A stretch of DNA of 54,015 bases from an uncultured Spirochaetaceae bacterium (GTDB taxonomy: Bacteria > Spirochaetota > Spirochaetia > DSM-27196 > PWMO01), in contig CAZTRQ010000001.1 of the NCBI GenBank assembly GCA_964616245.1, positions 1 to 54,015 of the forward strand. The letters run 5' to 3'. Numbering within the stretch: position 1 is the stretch's first letter; each line of letters starts with the position of its first letter. Shown here one piece after another: positions 8,934 to 17,227 of the stretch. The position numbers and the translations under genes are program-made. The notes under the pieces are model-generated. The model was not told where the DNA came from and did no database searches. It worked only from the letters and a program-made list of their open reading frames with translations.

Positions 8934-9236
8934 GTGCCGGAAAATAAGCTAACGAAGGCCGAGATCGTCGACGCTATTGCAGAGACGACGACGGTCAGTA
9001 AGCGCGAAATTCAACACATCATCGACTCTTTCTTTTCCCAGGTCAAAGGGGCTCTCCTGGAGGACCGGATCATCGAGTTTAGAGGGTTCGGCACCTTCGA
9101 GGTCCGTACACGGAAAGGGCGCGAACGGGCTCGGAACCCGAAAACCGGTGAGACCGTTCGGGTTCAGGACCACGGAGTCGTTGTGTTCCGTCCTGGGAAG
9201 GAACTGAAGGACTCCGCCTGGGCCCTGAGGCGGTAG
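8934..9236 (+). CDS. HU/IHF-family nucleoid DNA-binding protein (Hbb-like position next to rpsT)
   Basis: 100 aa. LTKAEIVDAIAE..FGTFEVRTRKGRERARNPKTGETVRVQDHGVVVFRPGKELK is the HU/IHF arm motif (RNPKTGE). GTG start. Confidence 0.9.
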   Translation: MPENKLTKAEIVDAIAETTTVSKREIQHIIDSFFSQVKGALLEDRIIEFRGFGTFEVRTRKGRERARNPKTGETVRVQDHGVVVFRPGKELKDSAWALRR

Positions 9237-10814
9237 GTGCTAAAGAACGCCCTTCGCAACCTCGCCTTGGTCCTCGGCGGGGCGCTTTTGTACGCCTTGC
9301 CCTTCCCGAGCCCCCTTAGCCAGTGGGGCTGGTTTCCCTTAGCCTACGTCTGTGTGGTACCGGTCTTTCTCATCGTCCGGCGGACCAGCTGGATTGGCTC
9401 GGTGGCATGGGGGTTTCTCTACGGTTTTGCGACCTACGCCACGGTCAACTACTGGCTGATCAACTTTCATCCGCTGTCTATCTTTATCGTGCCGGTTATC
9501 TATGCGGTCTATTTTGCCTTCTTCTTCCCCCTCTTCAAGGCGGCTACGCTTCTTTTTCCCCGGTACGGCTATCTGGTTCAGGCTGTCATCTGGATGGCCT
9601 ACGAGTACTTCCGCATCCAGTTTTTTCTCGGGTACGCCTACGGCATAATCGGTTACTCTCAGTACCTCTTTTGGCCCCTCCTCGGGGTCGCGGAGTTGGG
9701 GGGTGTCTGGATCGTCAGTGCGCTGGTCGTCTTTCCCTCGGCATGGTTGGCTTGGGTCATCGATTCTGCGGCATCCTGGCGGGACGCGTTATCCCGGGCC
9801 CGGGAGCGGATACGGCCGCTGGCAATCTACGCGGTTGTGTTCGTCCTGGCGGTAGGCTACGGCTACCTCTCCGCCGTCGATCTCGACGAGAGCCCAGAGT
9901 GGCGGGTGGCCCTGGTTCAGCAAAACGTAGATCCCTGGCGTGGTGGCCTTCCGACCTACCGCCGGGCTCTGGACATCCTGATGAGGCAGAGTGATATGGC
10001 GCTCGAAGAGGATCCGGATGTCGTCGTCTGGTCCGAAACCTCCTTCGTTCCCTCCATCAACTTCCACACTCGCTACCGAACGAATCCGGAGTCCTACGCC
10101 TTGGTTCGGGAGCTTACCGACTACCTCTCGGAGCAGGAGGTCCCCTTCGTTATCGGGAACGGCGACGGCGAGCTTCGACCCCGGCGCGACGGCTCCCTCG
10201 AGCGGGTCGACTACAACGCCGTCGTACTCCACGACGACGGGGACTACCGCGGGGTATATCGAAAGATCCACTTGGTGCCCTTTACCGAGCACTTTCCCTT
10301 CGAGGCGGCGTTTCCCTGGCTTCACCGTCTTCTGGTCGAGAACGAAACCACCTTCTGGGAAGCCGGGGAGGAGTACACCGTCTTTGAGGCCGCCGGGGTG
10401 CGATTTGCGACGCCGATCTGTTTCGAAGACACCTTCGGGTATCTCTCCCGGAATTTCGTCCGGGAGGGAGCGGAGGTTATCGTAAACCTTACCAACGATT
10501 CTTGGTCCTATTCCGTCCCGGCGGCGATGCAGCACATGGCAATGGCCGTCTTCCGTGCCGTCGAGAATCGCCGCTCGGTTGTCCGCAGCACCAACGGCGG
10601 CATGACGACCGTCGTAGACCCCAACGGTCGCATAACCGCCATGCTCCCGGCTTTTACCGAGGGCTATCTCGTCGAGGACGTTCCGGTCTACACCGATCGC
10701 CGAACCCTCTACACTGCCGCCGGGGACTGGCTCGCCTGGGTCTTCGTTATCGCTGCCGCCGGGTTCCTCGCCGGAGGACTCGCCTACCGGCTCTTAAGAT
10801 TGACACGGCGCTGA
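9237..10814 (+). CDS. lnt: apolipoprotein N-acyltransferase, paralogue 1
   Basis: 525 aa. Polytopic N-terminus plus a CN-hydrolase domain with an intact E-K-C triad (VVWSETSF, YRKIHLVPFTE, ATPICFEDTF). The GTG start directly abuts the HU stop. Confidence 0.9.
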   Translation: MLKNALRNLALVLGGALLYALPFPSPLSQWGWFPLAYVCVVPVFLIVRRTSWIGSVAWGFLYGFATYATVNYWLINFHPLSIFIVPVIYAVYFAFFFPLFKAATLLFPRYGYLVQAVIWMAYEYFRIQFFLGYAYGIIGYSQYLFWPLLGVAELGGVWIVSALVVFPSAWLAWVIDSAASWRDALSRARERIRPLAIYAVVFVLAVGYGYLSAVDLDESPEWRVALVQQNVDPWRGGLPTYRRALDILMRQSDMALEEDPDVVVWSETSFVPSINFHTRYRTNPESYALVRELTDYLSEQEVPFVIGNGDGELRPRRDGSLERVDYNAVVLHDDGDYRGVYRKIHLVPFTEHFPFEAAFPWLHRLLVENETTFWEAGEEYTVFEAAGVRFATPICFEDTFGYLSRNFVREGAEVIVNLTNDSWSYSVPAAMQHMAMAVFRAVENRRSVVRSTNGGMTTVVDPNGRITAMLPAFTEGYLVEDVPVYTDRRTLYTAAGDWLAWVFVIAAAGFLAGGLAYRLLRLTRR

Positions 10815-10829
10815 TGCATTGGGCACAAT
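10800..10829 (+). promoter_or_regulatory. sigma70-like promoter (TTGACA-N18-CACAAT) for the response-regulator/bactofilin operon
   Basis: TTGACA at 10800-10805 overlaps the 3' end of lnt. CACAAT at 10824-10829. GGAG at 10839-10842 precedes ATG 10851. Confidence 0.4.
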
Positions 10830-10850
10830 GACTACACCGGAGACGCGACT

Positions 10851-11594
10851 ATGGACGAGAACAAAGGCAAAATACTCATCGTCGACGATGAGCCGATCAA
10901 CCTCGATTTCTTCGAGGTAATGCTCTCGAAGCTCGGTTTCGAAGTAACCAAGGCGGAGGACGGAGAGGAAGCTCTCGAGCGGATCCGAAACGAACAGCCG
11001 GACCTCATCCTCCTCGACAACATCATGCCGAAGATCTCCGGGTGGGAAGTCACTCGAAGGGTCAAGCAGGCCGAAGAGTACGCCGATGTGCGGTCGACTC
11101 CAATCATCATGTTCTCTGCGATGGACGACGTAAAGGACAAGATCGAAGGCTTCGAGTTGGGCGTCGAGGACTATATCACCAAACCCTTTAATTTTTCCGA
11201 GGTTCTTGCCCGGATTAAGGCGGTCCTCCGGAGCCGCGAGCTCTCGGTGCAGCTTATCGAGCGGGAACGGCGCATCGCACTCGTGGAGTCTCTCAATCAG
11301 TCCGTCGTCTACTTTACTCAGCATCTCCGTACACCGGTCACGGCGCTCCTCGAAGCTGCCCGAAACCTCGACACCTCAGACCCGACGGCCGTCGATACCT
11401 TTGTCCACGACGCCCGACAAGAGTTCGAGACGACTCTCGCGGCTCTCGACGGCCTCGAAGAAGAGATCGACGATCTCCAGACGAAGGGAAACGAGATAAA
11501 GTCCCGGGAAGTTACCCTGGAGATGCTCGAAGAAAAATACCAGAAGCACTTTGACAGCTACCAGAATAAGCAGGGCGCAGGCGAGGTAAGCTGA
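10851..11594 (+). CDS. response-regulator receiver fused to a HisKA/DHp-like helical hairpin with no ATPase domain
   Basis: REC motifs ILIVDDEP, DLILLDNIMP and YITKPF. The C-terminal half contains an H-box-like VYFTQHLRTPVTALLEAARNL followed by a second long helix. No HATPase_c motifs follow. Confidence 0.85.
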   Translation: MDENKGKILIVDDEPINLDFFEVMLSKLGFEVTKAEDGEEALERIRNEQPDLILLDNIMPKISGWEVTRRVKQAEEYADVRSTPIIMFSAMDDVKDKIEGFELGVEDYITKPFNFSEVLARIKAVLRSRELSVQLIERERRIALVESLNQSVVYFTQHLRTPVTALLEAARNLDTSDPTAVDTFVHDARQEFETTLAALDGLEEEIDDLQTKGNEIKSREVTLEMLEEKYQKHFDSYQNKQGAGEVS

Positions 11595-11815
11595 TGGTCT
11601 CTCCGGAAAAGGAAACGGTGCTGAGACACTTCGCCGAGGGGCGTAAGCACTACAAGATGATGGACTTTTCCGGCGCTTTGGGGCACTTTACACAAGCGTT
11701 GTCTATCGACCCCGAGGATGGGCCCTCCCAGGTCTACCACGCGCGGTGCAAACACTATATCGAGAATCCTCCCCCGGAAGACTGGGACGGTGTATTCATA
11801 ATGCAGACCAAATGA
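11594..11815 (+). CDS. 73-aa TPR-like hairpin protein ending in PPPEDWDGVFIMQTK (resembles C-terminal tails of class III cyclases)
   Basis: The start overlaps the upstream stop (TGATG) and the stop overlaps the downstream start (ATGA). Codon usage looks coding. The family assignment is from memory only. Confidence 0.6.
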   Translation: MVSPEKETVLRHFAEGRKHYKMMDFSGALGHFTQALSIDPEDGPSQVYHARCKHYIENPPPEDWDGVFIMQTK

Positions 11816-12228
11816 TCGGAAAAAAAGCGGATACCAAGCCACTACCGAAGACCGACACGCGCCTCGGCGAGGGGACCAGCCTTAAGGGCACCCTGCGGTT
11901 TTCCAAGTCCCTCGCTATTCGGGGGCGCTTCGAGGGAAAAATCGTCTCCGAAGGCTTCCTTTTCGTCGACGAGGGAGCCGAGGTAAAGGCCGACCTGGAA
12001 GTGGGGTCCGTCATAATCGGCGGGACCGTCCGGGGCAACGTGACCGCCCGAGGGCGCCTCGAGATGCTTCCTACCGGCAGGGTTTACGGCAACATTCGCG
12101 CCGGAAAGCTCCGGATCGCCGATGGCGTCGTCTTCGAAGGGAAGTGCGAGATGCTTCGGAACGCGGATTCGCTCGATGTTTTTTCGGCACCGGTCGATCA
12201 ATTAAAACAGTCGGCCCAGGGAGTGTAG
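11812..12228 (+). CDS. bactofilin, copy 2
   Basis: Internal ATG 11812 (ATGA overlap with the upstream ORF). LGEGTSLKGTLRFSKSLAIRGRFEGKIVSEGFLFVDEGAEVKADLEVGSVIIGGTVRGNVTARGRLEMLPTGRVYGNIRAGKLRIADGVVFEG is a bactofilin beta-helix repeat pattern. Confidence 0.85.
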   Translation: MIGKKADTKPLPKTDTRLGEGTSLKGTLRFSKSLAIRGRFEGKIVSEGFLFVDEGAEVKADLEVGSVIIGGTVRGNVTARGRLEMLPTGRVYGNIRAGKLRIADGVVFEGKCEMLRNADSLDVFSAPVDQLKQSAQGV

Positions 12229-12232
12229 TCAC

Positions 12233-13450
12233 ATAAACCACGTATCAATCCTCGGGGTCGGCAACGAGTTGACCGAGGGGAAGACCCTTGACCGTCACGG
12301 ACAGTACCTCTCCACCTTCTTCAACGAGCTCGGGTTTACCGTGCGGCGCATCGCCCTTATCCCCGACGACGAGGAGCTCTACAAGAAGACTCTCCGGGAG
12401 CTCATCGCCGACAGTCAGGTCGTGGTTACGACCGGGGGACTCGGGCCGACCTCCGACGACCTAACCCGGGAGGTAATCGCCGAGGTTGCCGGCGTCGACC
12501 TCGAGTTCAAGGAAGAGATCTGGAAGGCTATCGTCGATCGTTTCAAGCCCCGGGTGGTTCCGGAAACCAACAGGAAGCAGGCCCTAACCCCCGCCGGCTT
12601 CGAGCTTTTCCCCAACCCCAACGGTACCGCGCCTGGGTTCGCCGGGGGCATCGACGGCTGTCATGTGGCGGCCCTCCCGGGGCCTCCTCGGGAGCTTCAC
12701 CCTATGTGCGACACCAGTCTCCGGTCCTACCTCTCCCGGACCTACGACCTGCCGTCGGCGTCGCGCATCCTGGCCACCGCGCTGCTCGTTTCCGAGTCGG
12801 CCCTCGAAGAATCACTCCAGAAGCATCGCCTGCCAGGGATAGAGTGGGGGACCCGGGCGGAGGAATTCCGCATAAGCTTTACCATTCGCGGTGGGTCCGA
12901 CGAGGACCAAGAGACCGTCTTGGGCGCGCTACAGCGGGACCTGGGCGACTTTTACATACGTCGAGGTGAGGTGTCTCCCGAAGGCATCCTAATCGATACC
13001 CTCAAGGAGCGGCAACTTCGGTTGGTGACCGCGGAATCGTGTACCGGGGGCCTCGTGGGTAAGCTGCTGACCGACGTTCCCGGGGCCTCGGAGGTGTATT
13101 GGGGAGGCTTTGTGACCTACGACAACGCCGCGAAGGTACGGTCCCTCGGAGTGCCGCGAGAGGTGCTCGATACCGATGGGGCCGTGTCCGAGCGTACCGT
13201 CAGGGCCATGGCACAGGGGGCCCTCGAGGCGGCGGCCGGTGGGGCCGACGTGGCCATCGCCGTTTCCGGGATCGCCGGACCCTCCGGCGGTACCCCGGAA
13301 AAGCCCGTCGGAACGGTATGGATCGGTATCGCCGGCTCCGACGGTGCGGTGGAAGCTCATGATCTGTCCCTCGGAAGCACGAGGGATCTCATACGTCGCC
13401 GGGCGGCCGTCGGAGCGTTGCTCCTCGGGCACGCCTTTGTGAGCACTTGA
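12233..13450 (+). CDS. cinA: CinA-family protein (MoCF-like domain plus PncC nicotinamide-nucleotide amidase domain); start codon unresolved
   Basis: TGGLGPTSDDLTREV (MoCF domain) and LVTAESCTGGLVG..VSGIAGPSGG (PncC domain). The first canonical start, TTG 12269, would remove the conserved first strand (VSILGVGNEL). ATA 12233 sits 10 nt after AGGGAG. See findings. Confidence 0.85.
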   Translation: MNHVSILGVGNELTEGKTLDRHGQYLSTFFNELGFTVRRIALIPDDEELYKKTLRELIADSQVVVTTGGLGPTSDDLTREVIAEVAGVDLEFKEEIWKAIVDRFKPRVVPETNRKQALTPAGFELFPNPNGTAPGFAGGIDGCHVAALPGPPRELHPMCDTSLRSYLSRTYDLPSASRILATALLVSESALEESLQKHRLPGIEWGTRAEEFRISFTIRGGSDEDQETVLGALQRDLGDFYIRRGEVSPEGILIDTLKERQLRLVTAESCTGGLVGKLLTDVPGASEVYWGGFVTYDNAAKVRSLGVPREVLDTDGAVSERTVRAMAQGALEAAAGGADVAIAVSGIAGPSGGTPEKPVGTVWIGIAGSDGAVEAHDLSLGSTRDLIRRRAAVGALLLGHAFVST

Positions 13451-13475
13451 CACATTATTGGACGGAAACTATATT
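13447..13475 (+). promoter_or_regulatory. sigma70 promoter for rho (TTGACA-N17-TATATT)
   Basis: Near-consensus hexamers with exactly 17 nt spacing. The -35 overlaps the cinA stop codon. This would give a ~90 nt leader before rho. Confidence 0.55.
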
Positions 13476-13572
13476 TCGATAGTACCTCGACAGTAAAGCG
13501 CCTTTCTCTACGCGTCAACGTGCTGCGAAACACTGTGAACAAGCCAAAAAATCATTATCCTGGAGTAACTTG

Positions 13573-15219
13573 ATGGCACACTTGCGAAAGTTACAACACC
13601 CCTCCGATGACGGTGGAGACAACGCTGCCTCTTCGGACACACAAACAGAATTGAATCTTGGGTCCGATAACGCCGAAGATTCGTCGAACAAGAAAAGTCG
13701 CAAGAAGAAGATCCGGGTCGCTCTTATCAAGGACGGCGAGGGGGGCAAGAATAACGGTTCGGCCCCGGAAGACGACACCCCGGAGCCTGAGCCGGAGACT
13801 ACCACCGCCGAACGGAACTCCAGTGAGGGCGGCTCCGATCGCGAGGGCCGCTCTCAGGAGCAGCAGCGCCGTTCCGGGGACCGAGGAAAGCGCAAGCGCT
13901 CCGCCCATCGTCACGGCGGGAACGGATCCGGAGGCGGAGAAGAGAAGAGCCTCTCGATAAACGACCTGACGATGATGAACATGAAGGAGCTGCGGAAGTT
14001 CGCGGTCAAGATGGGCATCAACCAGGAGAACCTGCTTGCCCTCAAGAAGCAGGAAGTTATCTTCGCGGTCTTAAAGGCTCACACCGAGTCCAACGGCTCC
14101 ATCTACGCCTACGGCTCCTTGGAAATCCTTCCCGACGGCTACGGGTTTTTGCGGTCGCCGCAGAACTCCTATCTCTCGGGACCCGACGATATCTACATCT
14201 CGCCGAGCCAGATTCGGCTCTTCAACCTCAAGACCGGCGACACCGTCTACGGCCAGATTCGTCCTCCGAAAGAGGGGGAGCGATTCTTCGCGATGCTTCG
14301 GGTCGAGACGGTCAACTTCGATCATCCCTCGGTGGCGCAGACTCGGATTCCCTTCGACAACCTTACTCCCCTCTACCCCGACGAGCGCCTCGACATGGAG
14401 ATGCCCAACGGCGAGCCGGCAACCAGGATGATCAACCTCTTCTGTCCTATAGGAAAGGGCCAACGGGGGCTTATCGTTTCCCCACCCCGGACCGGTAAGA
14501 CGGTGCTTCTGCAGAAGATCGCGAACGCCATAACGACGAACCACCCGGAAGTCTACCTGATCGTGCTTCTGATCGACGAGCGGCCGGAAGAGGTTACCGA
14601 CATGCAGCGCAACGTCGACGCCGAGGTTGTCGCCTCGACCTTCGACGAACAGGCGACCCGCCACGTTCAAGTTACCGAAATGGTCCTCGAAAAGGCCCGG
14701 CGCCTCGTGGAGCACAAGAAGGACGTCGTTATTCTCCTTGACTCCATTACCCGACTCGCTCGGGCGTACAACCAGACGGTCCCCACCTCGGGAAAGATTC
14801 TCTCCGGTGGTGTCGACTCCAACGCGCTTCATAAGCCGAAGCGCTTCTTCGGGGCGGCACGGAATATCGAAGACGGCGGAAGCCTGACAATTGTGGCAAC
14901 GGCGCTGATCGAAACCGGGAGCCGAATGGACGAGGTTATCTTCGAAGAGTTCAAGGGCACCGGCAATATGGAGATCAACCTGGATCGGCGCCTCTCGGAC
15001 CGGCGCCTCTACCCCTCGATCAACATCAAGAAGTCCGGTACCCGCCGGGAGGACCTCTTGCTGACCGAGGAAGAGTTGCAAAAGATGTGGGTTCTGCGAA
15101 AAGTTATCAATCCTATGGACGACGTCGAGATTATCGAGTTACTTCTTGACAGGATGGGCAAGAGCAAAAACAATGAGGCCTTCCTGCGATCGATGAACAC
15201 CTCGTCGGTCGCCGAATAG
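13573..15219 (+). CDS. rho: transcription termination factor Rho with a ~125 aa charged low-complexity N-terminal extension
   Basis: Rho_N ([18 protein letters not shown]), RNA-binding domain ([29 protein letters not shown]), Walker [11 protein letters not shown] and the RecA-type core through [19 protein letters not shown] 13573 is 7 nt after GGAG; the track start TTG 13570 is the adjacent codon. Confidence 0.95.
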   Translation: MAHLRKLQHPSDDGGDNAASSDTQTELNLGSDNAEDSSNKKSRKKKIRVALIKDGEGGKNNGSAPEDDTPEPEPETTTAERNSSEGGSDREGRSQEQQRRSGDRGKRKRSAHRHGGNGSGGGEEKSLSINDLTMMNMKELRKFAVKMGINQENLLALKKQEVIFAVLKAHTESNGSIYAYGSLEILPDGYGFLRSPQNSYLSGPDDIYISPSQIRLFNLKTGDTVYGQIRPPKEGERFFAMLRVETVNFDHPSVAQTRIPFDNLTPLYPDERLDMEMPNGEPATRMINLFCPIGKGQRGLIVSPPRTGKTVLLQKIANAITTNHPEVYLIVLLIDERPEEVTDMQRNVDAEVVASTFDEQATRHVQVTEMVLEKARRLVEHKKDVVILLDSITRLARAYNQTVPTSGKILSGGVDSNALHKPKRFFGAARNIEDGGSLTIVATALIETGSRMDEVIFEEFKGTGNMEINLDRRLSDRRLYPSINIKKSGTRREDLLLTEEELQKMWVLRKVINPMDDVEIIELLLDRMGKSKNNEAFLRSMNTSSVAE

Positions 15220-15253
15220 AACAGACGTACAAACAGACGGAGAAAATAGAGCA

Positions 15254-15502
15254 ATGAAAAACGAGATTCATCCGGAATACCGACCGGTCGTCTTTCGCGA
15301 TACCGCTTCCGGGACGCTTTTCCTTAGCCGGTCCTCGGTGGCGAGCAAGCAAACCATCACCTACGAGGACGGAAACGAGTATCCGGTCTTCGACGTCGAG
15401 ATCTCAAGCGCCTCGCATCCCTTCTTTACCGGCAAGCAGAAGCTCGTCGATACCGCAGGACGGGTAGAGCGCTTCAAGCGAAAGTACAACATCAAGGACT
15501 GA
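15254..15502 (+). CDS. rpmE: 50S ribosomal protein L31, Cys-less (type B) form
   Basis: 82 aa. [41 protein letters not shown]. The protein contains no cysteine at all, so there is no CxxC zinc ribbon. Confidence 0.9.
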   Translation: MKNEIHPEYRPVVFRDTASGTLFLSRSSVASKQTITYEDGNEYPVFDVEISSASHPFFTGKQKLVDTAGRVERFKRKYNIKD

Positions 15503-15519
15503 GCCGCTCTTTCGGCTCA
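15500..15519. terminator. 7-bp hairpin (TGAGCCG-ctcttt-CGGCTCA) between convergent rpmE and lnt2, with no U-tract
   Basis: The stem is seen directly. A second related hairpin, AGCGCC-tctttc-GGCGCT, follows at 15519-15536 inside the lnt2 3' end. With no T-run, terminator function is uncertain. Confidence 0.3.
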
Positions 15520-17142
15520 GCGCCTCTTTCGGCGCTCCCGCAGTAGAATAAGGGCTAAGAGCGCCCCGGACAACGCCACAAACAGCTGACCCACGTAGTC
15601 TCCGAATCGGGTATAGAACGTCGGGCTCTCCGGGGAATAGATAGGCACATCCACCACAAGATACCCCGCCTCGAACATCGGGAGTTCCTCTCGTCGGCGT
15701 CCCCAGGGGTCGACGACCGTCGTTAGGCCCGAGTTGGTCGAGCGGACGAGGGTTATTCGGTTCTCCACGGAGCGAAACTTCGCCGCAACGTAGTGCTGCA
15801 CCTGGGCCGAATCGGTTTGCGACCAGGAGTTGTTGGTCAGGTTGATCAAGAGGTCGGCTCCTTCCCGGACCATCTCCCGACAGACATAGCTAAACGCGTC
15901 CTCGAAGCAAATGGGTGTAGCGTACCGAAGCGTCCGGCCCTCGGCATCGGTTACTCCGGCAAGCTCGAAGAGGCGGTATTCGGACCCCGGGGTCCAAACG
16001 CCCCCGAGACCGACAAATTTCCGAAAGAAATCGCGTACGAAGGAGAGATCCCAGAAGGGGATGTTTTCGGCGAAGGGAACTAATTTGTTCTTGGCGTACC
16101 ACTGCCGCACCTCTCCCTCCCGGGAGAGCAACAGGGCGCCGTTCCCGACCCGGCGCTCCTCGGCGTCCAGCAGAACCGGAGCACCGGTCAACAGCGGCGC
16201 CGGCAATTCCGCAAGAAAGCGCAAGAAAGGCTGCTCCTCCGGGTTCTCCCGGTAGAAGCCGGTGTTTTCCGGGTAGAGACGTCGGAGGCTCGTCTCGCTC
16301 CAGACGACGAGGTCTACCCCCGATGCATCCTCGTCGGTGGCCGGGGAAACCTCCCGGGCCGCCTCTACCGCCTCCAAGGTAATCTCCTGAGCCCGGGCCA
16401 AGGCGGGGAGCTCGTTTCCCCGGGCCCAGCTGTCGCTGTTCTGCTGAATCAGGACCATCCGTGCCGTCGCGGCCACCGGGCGTTCCTCCCGGAGGGCGAA
16501 GAGCCCGTAGGCGACGATAAGGAGGCTTAGGCCGAGAAAAGCGCCGCCCCCGACGACGATGGCTCGGCGATGTCCGAGGTCGACTGTCGGAGCCGGCGGG
16601 AGCCGGCGGTCTAGGATCTCGAGGATTACCGCGTTTGCGAGGGTCACCACGAATCCTAGGAGCCAGACTCCGGTGATATCGACGTGTTGAATCAAAAGGT
16701 CGATCGACGCCGCCGGATACCCCATGAGGCCCCAGGGGTAGGCCAGAAAGCCGATGGAGCGGAGATAGTCGTACGCGGCAAAGAAGAGGGCCAGAACAAA
16801 AGGCCGGGCCCACCCCGGTAGTCGCCGGTGGGTGCCCAGGATCGGTCCCAGGATGGCGTGGTAGATGCCGAAGCCGAGGGTTACCCCGCCGATGGTCCAG
16901 ACGCTGAACTCTCCGAAGAACATAAGCCAATAGTTGGTCGCAAAGCCGGAAACGACGCCGTAGACCGCGCCGATCGTCGCGTCTTGGCGCCAGCCCCCCG
17001 GAGAGCGGCGGAGCGCGAAGAAGTAAGGGACAAGACAGACGAGACCGAGAAAGAGGTTGCCCTCGAAGAAAAGCTCGTTCGGAAGCGCCGCGGCGGTAAG
17101 AAGGCCGGCGAAAGCCGACAAGAGCAGGGGAATCTTTAACAC
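15517..17142 (-). CDS. lnt: apolipoprotein N-acyltransferase, paralogue 2
   Basis: 541 aa. Polytopic N-terminus and a CN-hydrolase domain with an intact triad (LVVWSETSL, YAKNKLVPFAE, ATPICFEDAF). Confidence 0.9.
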   Translation of the reverse strand: MLKIPLLLSAFAGLLTAAALPNELFFEGNLFLGLVCLVPYFFALRRSPGGWRQDATIGAVYGVVSGFATNYWLMFFGEFSVWTIGGVTLGFGIYHAILGPILGTHRRLPGWARPFVLALFFAAYDYLRSIGFLAYPWGLMGYPAASIDLLIQHVDITGVWLLGFVVTLANAVILEILDRRLPPAPTVDLGHRRAIVVGGGAFLGLSLLIVAYGLFALREERPVAATARMVLIQQNSDSWARGNELPALARAQEITLEAVEAAREVSPATDEDASGVDLVVWSETSLRRLYPENTGFYRENPEEQPFLRFLAELPAPLLTGAPVLLDAEERRVGNGALLLSREGEVRQWYAKNKLVPFAENIPFWDLSFVRDFFRKFVGLGGVWTPGSEYRLFELAGVTDAEGRTLRYATPICFEDAFSYVCREMVREGADLLINLTNNSWSQTDSAQVQHYVAAKFRSVENRITLVRSTNSGLTTVVDPWGRRREELPMFEAGYLVVDVPIYSPESPTFYTRFGDYVGQLFVALSGALLALILLRERRKRR

Positions 17143-17172
17143 GGCGTTAGCATACCGGTGTCATGGTCTTTG

Positions 17173-17201
17173 TTGAATAGCAGAGGACTAAGGGTTAGAA
17201 T
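17173..17201 (+). promoter_or_regulatory. sigma70-like promoter for the surE operon (TTGAAT-N17-TAGAAT)
   Basis: Hexamers at 17173-17178 and 17196-17201 with a 17 nt spacer. GGGAGGGG Shine-Dalgarno precedes ATG 17228. Confidence 0.5.
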
Positions 17202-17227
17202 GGAGAGACGTCGCTAGGGAGGGGACG

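Noticed and set aside
13571-13585. TGGCAC...TTGC sequence resembling a sigma54 -24/-12 element at the rho start.
   Set aside because: The GG-to-GC spacing is about 3 nt too short. The motif lies on the rho start codon itself, downstream of a much better sigma70 promoter.
14071-15081. 336-aa ORF antisense to rho.
   Set aside because: It lies entirely within and opposite an unambiguous rho gene. Its composition is Gly/Arg/Val/Pro-rich with no motifs, which is a typical stop-poor antisense frame in 60% GC DNA.
15890-16930. 346-aa Arg/Pro/Gly-rich ORF on the minus strand inside lnt paralogue 2. Comparable alternative-frame ORFs occur at 6228-6980, 4701-5210, 9323-9994, 38635-39168 and 39328-39822.
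   Set aside because: These are alternative frames of well-supported genes. The extreme Arg/Pro/Gly content is characteristic of out-of-frame translation of GC-rich coding DNA.
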